In this document: piece after piece, positions 56,865 to 63,684 of the stretch
How the letters are laid out: each line of letters begins with the position of its first letter
Position numbering within the stretch: the stretch's first letter is position 1
Sequence record: NC_023719.1
Reading direction: 5' to 3' (one strand)
Length of the DNA: 64,000 bases
Translations under genes and position numbers: made by a program
Notes under the pieces: model-generated
The model's database searches: none
The model's input: the letters and a program-made list of their open reading frames with translations, nothing else
Told to the model about the DNA's origin: nothing

Positions 56865-56869
56865 TCATT

Positions 56870-56902
56870 AAACCTACTTGGACTTTAATTCAAGTAGGTT
56901 TA
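56870..56902 (+). terminator. Terminator after nrdF
   Basis: AAACCTACTTG...CAAGTAGGTTT. Confidence 0.7.
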
Positions 56903-57027
56903 ATTTTCTTTAATTTTTGTAAATAAAAATATTAATTTTAAATATAATTTTAATGTAATTACTTATTAATTTCTGAGAAAGAAAATTAACAGTTTATATA
57001 AAGGATAAAAAGGAGTTTTTATTTGCA

Positions 57028-57603
57028 ATGAGAAAAAGATGGAATAAAGAAGAAGATAAAGAGTTACTATCATATATTTTAAAATTCGTAGAAGAAGGAA
57101 ATTCCTTAAGAGAAGCTGTGAAATTAGCGAGCGAAGAAATTAATAGAACATTTGAATCTTGTTACGCTAGATGGAATAATTTCCTAAGAATAGAGTATGA
57201 AGATCGATTAGAAACAGCAAAGTCATCTGCAAAAGAAAATGGAAATGTCTTTTATGAAAAATGGACTTCAGATGATGATGAAATGTTAGCCGATATTATT
57301 TTAAATGAAATTAGTAACGGTAGCTCTACTAGAAAGGCGGTCAACGCTTCTGCTAAGAAACTAAATAGATCCTTTACTTCTTGCTATAATAGATGGCAAA
57401 CAGTTGTAAGTAAGCGTTTTGAACAAAAATTTGTTTTTAAAGATTGTGAAAATGAAAGTAATAATGACTTAGAAAACTTAAAAGAAAGATTTTTACTTTT
57501 AGAGAATAATTTTCATAATGTTCTAGAACAAAATGAAAAAATTATTGCGCAAAATGAAGAATTATTTAAGATGTTACAAAAAGAGAAAGGGACTAATAGC
57601 TAA
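57028..57603 (+). CDS. RsfA-family transcriptional regulator with two tandem Myb/SANT-like domains
   Basis: WNKEEDKELL...RTFESCYARWN and WTSDDDEMLA...RSFTSCYNRW; C-terminal coiled coil. Confidence 0.8.
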   Translation: MRKRWNKEEDKELLSYILKFVEEGNSLREAVKLASEEINRTFESCYARWNNFLRIEYEDRLETAKSSAKENGNVFYEKWTSDDDEMLADIILNEISNGSSTRKAVNASAKKLNRSFTSCYNRWQTVVSKRFEQKFVFKDCENESNNDLENLKERFLLLENNFHNVLEQNEKIIAQNEELFKMLQKEKGTNS

Positions 57604-57762
57604 TATTAGTCCTTTTTTTATATAAATTGGTTATTATGTAAAAAATTGACAATAATGTGGATGAGTTTTTTAACTATTTTGTTAATTTATTATATAATAC
57701 ATGTATACGCAAAGGGGTAAAAACTACGAACGTAGTATAAATTAATGTAGGGGGAGTTTCGT

Positions 57763-58128
57763 TTGTCTAAAAGATGGACAGCAGAAGAAGATAAATTGTT
57801 AGCAGTATTAATGCTAAAATATATACAAGGTGGGGAGAGTGTTAGAAAATCCGCTCTAATTGCTTCAAAAGAAATGAAAAATAGAACATATGAAGCATGT
57901 TATACAAGATGGACTAAGACTTTAAAAAAGAAAAATGATTCCCCTTTGAAAAAAGAAGATTATGATAAAGCTTTCATAACTTTAATAATTGATCTTTTTA
58001 AAGAAAACCAACTATTGAGTTATAGACTAACTGGGTTAGAAAGAAAATATCAAAAAATAGAGAAAAAAATAGAAATAGAACAAAAACCAGTTAGAAGAAT
58101 AGGGTTTCTTATTGAAGAGAATGAATAA
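57763..58128 (+). CDS. RsfA-family transcriptional regulator (single domain)
   Basis: WTAEEDKLLA...RTYEACYTRW; RBS AGGGGGAG. Confidence 0.75.
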   Translation: MSKRWTAEEDKLLAVLMLKYIQGGESVRKSALIASKEMKNRTYEACYTRWTKTLKKKNDSPLKKEDYDKAFITLIIDLFKENQLLSYRLTGLERKYQKIEKKIEIEQKPVRRIGFLIEENE

Positions 58129-58380
58129 TTCTCTTTTCTTTTTGTAGTTCTTTATTAATTTATACTATGTTAAAAAAATGAATATTTTGTTAAAACTATG
58201 TGACTAAATATATATTATTTATTATCTCAATTTTACAGTTCAAGCTAGAAAATACATCAAAAAAAAGATAGTTGAAAAATAAAAATAAAAAAATTAAAAA
58301 TAACTGTTATAAAAAGTGATAGTTATGTATATAATATAATCAAATAAAACAATTGAACGAAAGTTGAGAGGTGAAAGATA

Positions 58381-58515
58381 ATGATGAAATGTTCGTGGTT
58401 TGAATTTGATACTGATTTTACGGATGTATTTTATTGCGAATATACATTTTATTCATTATACACTTTTTTAGATATACGAAAACAACTCCAGAAAAGCAGA
58501 GGATGTCTTACATAA
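58381..58515 (+). CDS. Small hypothetical protein, 44 aa (not in ORF track)
   Basis: RBS GAGAGGTG; MMKCSWFEFDTDFTDVFYCEY... Confidence 0.45.
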   Translation: MMKCSWFEFDTDFTDVFYCEYTFYSLYTFLDIRKQLQKSRGCLT

Positions 58516-58583
58516 ACTAGATTTAGTTTAGATATCATAAAAAATGCTCGGAGCTGATTCGTATAGAATCAGCTTTTTATTAT

Positions 58584-58654
58584 GCGTTTATAGCCAAGTG
58601 GTAAGGCCTCGGTCTGCAAAACCGATATCGCGAGTTCAAATCTCGCTAAACGCT
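58584..58654 (+). tRNA. tRNA-Cys (GCA), CCA not encoded
   Basis: Cloverleaf; anticodon arm TCGGT-CTGCAAA-ACCGA; T-loop TTCAAAT. Confidence 0.9.
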
Positions 58655-58661
58655 TTATAAT

Positions 58662-58737
58662 GGCTCCGTGGTGTAGCGGTTAACACGCCTGCCTGTCACG
58701 TAGGAGATCGCCGGTTCGAATCCGGTCGGGGCCGCCA
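58662..58737 (+). tRNA. tRNA-Asp (GTC)
   Basis: Cloverleaf; loop CTGTCAC; CCA end. Confidence 0.95.
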
Positions 58738-58766
58738 TTAAGTATTTAATGGAAAGAGGTGAAAAC

Positions 58767-59078
58767 ATGTCTAAAGCGTCTATGATTGCTAAAATGCTAC
58801 AAGAGGGTAAAACTATCGAACGTTATAAAGAGGCAGGAAATAGTATGTTACCTATTTTAAAGTCGAAACAACCAGTAACTTTAGAACCAGTTACTATTGA
58901 TATTGTTTTAAAAGAAAATGATATTGTGTTTTGTAGAGTGAAGGGTAATTACTATACTCATAAAATCACTGGAATAAGAAACAATCAATATCAAATTTCA
59001 AACAATCGTGGTTTTGTTAATGGTTGGATATCAAGAGATAAAATCTTCGGTAAAGTTACAAAAATTTGGGATAAATAA
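58767..59078 (+). CDS. S24/S26 peptidase-like domain protein
   Basis: GNSMLP..DIVF..THK..NN.G..NGW..GKV; start ATG 58767 (RBS GAGGTG). Confidence 0.65.
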   Translation: MSKASMIAKMLQEGKTIERYKEAGNSMLPILKSKQPVTLEPVTIDIVLKENDIVFCRVKGNYYTHKITGIRNNQYQISNNRGFVNGWISRDKIFGKVTKIWDK

Positions 59079-59110
59079 CTTACAAAAACAGTTTAATAGT
59101 GAGGAGAATT

Positions 59111-59239
59111 ATGATGATGCATAAGATTGATTGGTTATCAGTAAAATTATTATGTTTAGGTGGCATAGTTACTATTGCATTAACTGAATTAGCTATAATT
59201 ATAGCTCACACTATTATCTGGAGTGGTATGGATGTATAA
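59111..59239 (+). CDS. Small hydrophobic protein, 42 aa (not in ORF track)
   Basis: RBS GAGGAG; single TM-like helix. Confidence 0.5.
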   Translation: MMMHKIDWLSVKLLCLGGIVTIALTELAIIIAHTIIWSGMDV

Positions 59240-59295
59240 TTTAAAGAAGTTCCTTATACATACCGATAGTTTTAAAAAAGGAACTTTATAATAAC

Positions 59296-59371
59296 GGAGG
59301 AGTAGCTCAGTTGGTAGAGCGGCAGATTGAAGATCTGCGCGTCGGGGGTTCAAGTCCCTTTTCCTCCACCA
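59296..59371 (+). tRNA. tRNA-Phe (GAA)
   Basis: Cloverleaf; GCAGA-TTGAAGA-TCTGC; CCA end. Confidence 0.95.
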
Positions 59372-59376
59372 TATAT

Positions 59377-59461
59377 GGGGAGATAGACCGTAAGTGGAAG
59401 CGGGCAGGACTGTAAATCCTGTGAGAAATCCTTGGGTGTTCGATTCGCCCTCTCCCCACCA
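59377..59461 (+). tRNA. tRNA-Tyr (GTA)
   Basis: CAGGA-CTGTAAA-TCCTG; long variable arm; CCA end. Confidence 0.9.
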
Positions 59462-59474
59462 TTTTATTAATTAT

Positions 59475-59550
59475 GGCGCGTTAGCCAAGTGGTAAGGCAT
59501 CCGGCTTTCTACCGGAGATTACACGAGTTCGAACCTCGTACGCGCTACCA
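59475..59550 (+). tRNA. tRNA-Glu (TTC) with pyrimidine at position 37
   Basis: TCCGG-CTTTCTA-CCGGA; CCA end. Confidence 0.8.
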
Positions 59551-59555
59551 TTTTT

Positions 59556-59630
59556 GCCGGTTTAGCTCAGCGGTAGAGCGCTCCCCTTGTAAGGGAGATG
59601 TCGTGGGTTCAAATCCTATAACCGGCTCCA
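59556..59630 (+). tRNA. tRNA-Thr (TGT)
   Basis: CTCCC-CTTGTAA-GGGAG; CCA end. Confidence 0.95.
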
Positions 59631-59654
59631 TGTTATTTTAAAGGAGGAATTCGC

Positions 59655-59858
59655 ATGATATCTAAGCTTATCAATTTGTTTTCTAGAAAGAAAACTCCCG
59701 CTGAATTAGTCCGATTAAGAAAAGTAAGCAATTTAGAATCGCAAGGTGATATGATGTCAGGAGTTATTAGACAATACCAACAAATGAATAATAAACAAAT
59801 GGCTAATCAGATTTTAAAAGAATCTATTGAACCATTAAAGAAAGCTAAATTTAAATAA
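59655..59858 (+). CDS. Hypothetical protein
   Basis: RBS AAGGAGG. Confidence 0.55.
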   Translation: MISKLINLFSRKKTPAELVRLRKVSNLESQGDMMSGVIRQYQQMNNKQMANQILKESIEPLKKAKFK

Positions 59859-59863
59859 TATTT

Positions 59864-59990
59864 GCAGGTTGTAAGTGGAATGATAGCCACTAGAATCCAT
59901 ATAGCACAACGAAAACATGAGGTAGCTCCTCATTCGTCTTAGGTGAACCTCCCTGTGCAAAAGAGAGTTTGATTCTCTCCACCTGCTCCA
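59864..59990 (+). ncRNA. Oversized tRNA-like RNA 1 (127 nt)
   Basis: Acceptor GCAGGT/ACCTGC plus TCCA; T-arm GAGAG-TTTGATT-CTCTC; branched middle domain; no canonical anticodon arm. Confidence 0.7.
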
Positions 59991-59995
59991 TATAT

Positions 59996-60119
59996 GTCAT
60001 CGGTAGTTTAAATAGAATAGGCTTAGATAATCTGCGACCAAAAGATAGTGGACCTAAGTTCTAAGAACAGTCCCATTGTGATGGGGAAAGTTAAGGTGCG
60101 ATTCCTTATCGAGACACCA
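59996..60119 (+). ncRNA. Oversized tRNA-like RNA 2 (124 nt)
   Basis: Bulged acceptor GTC(A)TCGG/TCGAGAC plus ACCA; T-arm TAAGG-TGCGATT-CCTTA; enlarged anticodon-side arm; extra hairpin. Confidence 0.7.
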
Positions 60120-60122
60120 TTC

Positions 60123-60212
60123 GGAGGGTTACTCTAATTGGTAAGAGAACAGTCTTGAAAACTGTCGTAGGTATAAAAGCCGATGGGGGTTCGAGTCCCT
60201 CACCCTCCGCCA
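60123..60212 (+). tRNA. tRNA-Ser (TGA)
   Basis: ACAGT-CTTGAAA-ACTGT; long variable arm; CCA end. Confidence 0.93.
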
Positions 60213-60234
60213 TATAATTTATTAGGAGAAATCT

Positions 60235-60540
60235 ATGAAAAAATATGAATTTAAAGTTAAAGGATATGTTATTCACTCCACTTTAAAGGAGTTTTTCCCT
60301 AATAATAAAATTGTTTATACAATTGACTGTTATTCTTTAACTGGAAGAAATTGGTGTGATTCTGTTGTCACAAATAGTATTGCATTTAGAGTAAATTGGG
60401 ATGAATATAGTAAAATTATGCAAGCTAATTTTAATTGTGTTTTTAAAAAAATGAAATTATATTATGGATCTTACGATGAATGTAAAAGGGCAATTGAATT
60501 TTCAAAAACTCTTATTGTTATGAATAAATTGTTAAAATAA
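60235..60540 (+). CDS. Hypothetical protein
   Basis: RBS AGGAG. Confidence 0.5.
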   Translation: MKKYEFKVKGYVIHSTLKEFFPNNKIVYTIDCYSLTGRNWCDSVVTNSIAFRVNWDEYSKIMQANFNCVFKKMKLYYGSYDECKRAIEFSKTLIVMNKLLK

Positions 60541-60545
60541 ATATC

Positions 60546-60594
60546 AGAAGATAATTGTATTCGAGATATGTCGGTTCAATTCCCAAATCTTCTA
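60546..60594 (+). pseudogene. Truncated tRNA remnant (acceptor stem plus T-loop)
   Basis: AGAAGAT/ATCTTCT stem enclosing GGTTCAATTCC; D and anticodon arms missing; no CCA. Confidence 0.5.
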
Positions 60595-60601
60595 ATTATA
60601 T

Positions 60602-60679
60602 AGGGGATTAAAGATAATTGGATAATCGTCTGGCCTCCAAAGCCATGATACGCGGGTTCGATTCCTGCATCCCCTGCCA
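60602..60679 (+). tRNA. tRNA-Trp (CCA)
   Basis: TGGC-CTCCAAA-GCCA; GGTTCGATTCC; CCA end. Confidence 0.9.
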
Positions 60680-60687
60680 TAAAAACA

Positions 60688-61143
60688 AAAGGAGAATGCT
60701 TAATGAAAATTTTTAGCATCGATATCATACCAAGCTCATAAGACTATAAATTCCTTGAGGTATCTTATGAGCTTGGTTTTTAACTCAAGGAGGTATGATA
60801 TCATGAAAAACAGAAGTCTTGATTATTATCGTCATCACAGAAAACGTATTATTGCTAGAAAAGTTTATATTTTTACTCATATTTGGGGAAATGAATTATT
60901 CGAATATGAGAACAGAGACTATAAACCATTTCCAATTGGAAAATATTCAAAAGGAAAAGTACATTGTAGTTGTAAGGTTTGCAAATATGACAAGCATTTT
61001 GAGATTAAAAAACATAAAGTCAAATCAAAAGAACAAGCAATGAAACAAGAAATTGATGATTATTTTAATAATAAAGAATAACGTTTTACAATTTTCATGT
61101 AATAAGTAAAGGAGAATGTTTAATGAAAATTTTTAGCATTGAT
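60688..61143 (+). repeat. 36-bp direct repeat pair (60688-60723, 61108-61143), each carrying an RBS and an MKIFSID mini-ORF start
   Basis: AAAGGAGAATG(C/T)TTAATGAAAATTTTTAGCAT(C/T)GAT; 2 mismatches. Confidence 0.85.
60803..61081 (+). CDS. Basic hypothetical protein with HCSC-x2-C motif
   Basis: Start moved to ATG 60803 (RBS AAGGAGG); KGKVHCSCKVC. Confidence 0.6.
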   Translation: MKNRSLDYYRHHRKRIIARKVYIFTHIWGNELFEYENRDYKPFPIGKYSKGKVHCSCKVCKYDKHFEIKKHKVKSKEQAMKQEIDDYFNNKE

Positions 61144-61186
61144 TTTGAACACCTTTAGTGAAGTCATAAACTAAAGGAGAAATTAT

Positions 61187-61582
61187 ATGTTACAAGAAGA
61201 AGTAATTGACATGATCATGGAAGAGATATCTGAGTTCGTAGAAAATTATATTATTATGTCATCATTGATGCAAGATGCTCTTTATACTGAGGTCGATCCA
61301 GGCAAATCAATAAGATTTTTAACTCGTTCCGAAAGATACGGTAGTATTTATTCTGAGGTAAGACATCAAATAATAAAAAGAGGTAGAACAAGAATTGCAT
61401 TCAGCTTTAGATTTCTTAAAGAAGAGGCTGATTATGCTATGGAATTAGTTCATTTATTGGAAAGTTATGTTGAATATAGTTTTGGTAATTATTCAAATCA
61501 CTATAGTTGCAACTTTGTTTTAGATGTAGGTTCTAAGAAAAATGGTATTGAACTATTTGAAAAAGTTAGTTTCTTAAAATAG
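61187..61582 (+). CDS. Hypothetical protein
   Basis: RBS AAGGAG. Confidence 0.55.
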   Translation: MLQEEVIDMIMEEISEFVENYIIMSSLMQDALYTEVDPGKSIRFLTRSERYGSIYSEVRHQIIKRGRTRIAFSFRFLKEEADYAMELVHLLESYVEYSFGNYSNHYSCNFVLDVGSKKNGIELFEKVSFLK

Positions 61583-61629
61583 ACAAAATATTTTGTCTAT
61601 TTTTTTTATCGTAAAGTTACGAAAAAAGA

Positions 61630-61658
61630 TTTACAATTTTGACTAAATTTGATATAAT
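61630..61658 (+). promoter_or_regulatory. SigA-type promoter for the paralog array
   Basis: TTTACA-17 nt-TATAAT with extended -10 TG; follows the terminator at 61581-61607. Confidence 0.75.
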
Positions 61659-61690
61659 CTATATATAACATAAAAATAGAGGGTGATACA

Positions 61691-61876
61691 GTGGACGAAT
61701 TGCTGCATAGGAGAGCTACTAAAAACTTAGAAGAATTTAAGTGTCTTCAAGAAGATTTAAGATTATTTGTCTTAGAAAATGGTAAGGATCCAGATGTATT
61801 TATGCAAGAATTTGGTAAATTGTATTTAGATGAAATAACTCCAGAAAAAATTCAAGAAATTATGGATAGGATATAG
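61691..61876 (+). CDS. Hypothetical protein
   Basis: RBS GAGGGTG. Confidence 0.5.
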   Translation: MDELLHRRATKNLEEFKCLQEDLRLFVLENGKDPDVFMQEFGKLYLDEITPEKIQEIMDRI

Positions 61877-61884
61877 ATGAGTTT

Positions 61885-62169
61885 ATGATGGAAAAGAAGC
61901 CAAAGAAGCCAAAGTATAAAATGCTAAAAGATTTTAGATTAAAGCTTTTGTTATTTGAAAGCTTAGAAGACAAGCGCATAAACTCAATATCAAATATAGA
62001 TATTTACTATACAAAAGTTAAATCCGGTAAGTTTTTATTTCCATGTAAGAAGAAAATATTAGTTAGACTTACTGTCGAAGAAGAATTATTTGTTTTAGAA
62101 TGTATGACAAAAAATTTGGATTTACAAAAACTAACTATGGGATACGAATATGAAATAGAATATAAATGA
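61885..62169 (+). CDS. Tandem array paralog 1
   Basis: I..I.IYY.KVK.GK...EEELF.LECMTKNLDLQ..YEYEIEY. Confidence 0.65.
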   Translation: MMEKKPKKPKYKMLKDFRLKLLLFESLEDKRINSISNIDIYYTKVKSGKFLFPCKKKILVRLTVEEELFVLECMTKNLDLQKLTMGYEYEIEYK

Positions 62170-62178
62170 GGTTAAATT

Positions 62179-62457
62179 ATGGTAAATAGGGGTGCGTACG
62201 AAAAACTAGCTGATGTACAAATAAAAGGCGGCATCATTAAAGATCTTGTAAAACAAGATATAGAGTCAATATCAGATATAGAGATTTATCATAAGAAAGT
62301 TAAAACTGGTAAACGCTATTTCTCTCGTAAAAAAGACGTAAGAGTTATTAAATTTATTATACGTAGTGAAGAGTTATTTGTTATTGAATGTATGACTAAG
62401 AACTTAGATTTACAAGAATTAGCAGGCGGAAATGAGTATGAAATAGAATATAAGTGA
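62179..62457 (+). CDS. Tandem array paralog 2
   Basis: Same motif set; RBS GAGGT. Confidence 0.65.
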   Translation: MVNRGAYEKLADVQIKGGIIKDLVKQDIESISDIEIYHKKVKTGKRYFSRKKDVRVIKFIIRSEELFVIECMTKNLDLQELAGGNEYEIEYK

Positions 62458-62466
62458 GGGGAAATA

Positions 62467-62751
62467 ATGTCTCAAAGTACAACATTCGATGTATTGCATA
62501 ACGCAGCGATTGAAGCCTTTATTAAAAAGAAAGTTGAAGAAAGAGATTTAAAATCTATATTAGAAGTGGAAGTTCGTTTTAAATCAGTTAAAACTGGTAA
62601 AAAAGTTTTCTTTTTCTTTTCAAAAAAGAAACAAATAGGTATTGTGAGATTTAAGGTTAATGAAGAGTTGTCTATTATAGAACACATGACAAAAGGATTA
62701 GATTTTAAAGAATTAGCGGGTAAAAGAGAATATGAAATAATATACGTTTAA
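62467..62751 (+). CDS. Tandem array paralog 3
   Basis: ILEVEV..KTGK..RFKVNEELSIIEHMTKGLDFKELAGKREYEIIYV. Confidence 0.65.
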   Translation: MSQSTTFDVLHNAAIEAFIKKKVEERDLKSILEVEVRFKSVKTGKKVFFFFSKKKQIGIVRFKVNEELSIIEHMTKGLDFKELAGKREYEIIYV

Positions 62752-62775
62752 GAAACAAGCGAGAGGAGAAGAACT

Positions 62776-63075
62776 ATGACTAAAGGCGAAATGTCTAATA
62801 GAGATAAAGTTACTATTTTAAGAAATGCAGCTATTAAATCTTCCGTTAGAAAAAATATTGAACAAAGAGATTTAGAATCCATATTGGAAGTAGAAGTTTG
62901 TTTCCAAATAGTTAAAACTGGTGAATACGTTTCACTAGTTGAAAATAGAGATGAAGCAGTAACTATTGTGAGATTTAAAGTCGATGAAGAATTATCTCTC
63001 ATAGAGCATATGATAAAGGGATTAGACTTTAAAGAATTAGCGGGTAAAAGAGAATATGAAATAATATATGTTTAA
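62776..63075 (+). CDS. Tandem array paralog 4
   Basis: 3' 61 bp nearly identical to paralog 3; RBS GAGGAG. Confidence 0.65.
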   Translation: MTKGEMSNRDKVTILRNAAIKSSVRKNIEQRDLESILEVEVCFQIVKTGEYVSLVENRDEAVTIVRFKVDEELSLIEHMIKGLDFKELAGKREYEIIYV

Positions 63076-63085
63076 GGAGCTTTTT

Positions 63086-63367
63086 ATGTCTGATAAAAAT
63101 GATTTCCATAGATTATTTAACAGTTTAGATATACAAAGAATTATGGATACAATTTCAGAGAAAAAATTCAAATCAATATTAGAAGTAGATATTAATTACA
63201 AGAAAATCCCAACGGGTAAAAAATTTCTTTTTTTCCAACGTAAAGAGATGATTTTTATTTTCAAATTTAAAGTTAATGAAGAGCTTTCAATTATTGAGCA
63301 TATGACAAAAGGCTTGAATTTCCAAGAATTAACAAAAGGTTGTAAGTATGAAATAGAATATGTATGA
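63086..63367 (+). CDS. Tandem array paralog 5
   Basis: ILEVDI..TGK..FKVNEELSIIEHMTKGL; ATG 63086 chosen from RBS AAGGAG. Confidence 0.65.
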   Translation: MSDKNDFHRLFNSLDIQRIMDTISEKKFKSILEVDINYKKIPTGKKFLFFQRKEMIFIFKFKVNEELSIIEHMTKGLNFQELTKGCKYEIEYV

Positions 63368-63377
63368 GGTGTTTAAA

Positions 63378-63668
63378 TTGCCTAACGATAAAGAGATAGA
63401 TGAATTCTATTTTAGTGCTATTCATTTTTTGATGGAACATTCAGTTAGAGAAGGTCCATTTAAAAGTATTGAAAAGGTAGAAGTAATAAGTAAAGAATTT
63501 AAATATACAAGGTTTTGTTTCACTCTCAAGAAATCTGTAACAGTTGTTAAGTTTGTTGTAAATGAAAGTATACTTGTTGCTGAAACTTTAATGAATAATT
63601 TAAATATTGAGAATTTCTTGAATTCTATATGTGGAAAGGAATACAAATGGGAAATTGAGTATATTTAA
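63378..63668 (+). CDS. Tandem array paralog 6 (diverged)
   Basis: SIEKVEV..KFVVNES...E..M.NL..YKWEIEY; TTG 63378 chosen from RBS GAGGTG. Confidence 0.6.
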   Translation: MPNDKEIDEFYFSAIHFLMEHSVREGPFKSIEKVEVISKEFKYTRFCFTLKKSVTVVKFVVNESILVAETLMNNLNIENFLNSICGKEYKWEIEYI

Positions 63669-63684
63669 TAAGAGGTGAATTGTT

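Noticed and set aside
59505-59511. Reading the Glu tRNA loop as an amber suppressor (CTA) or as Arg (TCT)
   Set aside because: The 5-bp stem TCCGG/CCGGA fixes a 7-nt loop with TTC at 34-36; the other registers break the stem.
59864-60119. tmRNA
   Set aside because: Each RNA is only ~125 nt, lacks the G3-U70 alanine determinant, and has no evident tag reading frame.
789-63646. Many short antisense or overlapping ORFs in the track (e.g. 789-1112, 13736-14068, 17966-18349, 39897-40085, 62472-62687)
   Set aside because: They lie within well-supported + strand genes, lack RBSs and show the Phe/Ser/Leu-rich composition of antisense shadows.
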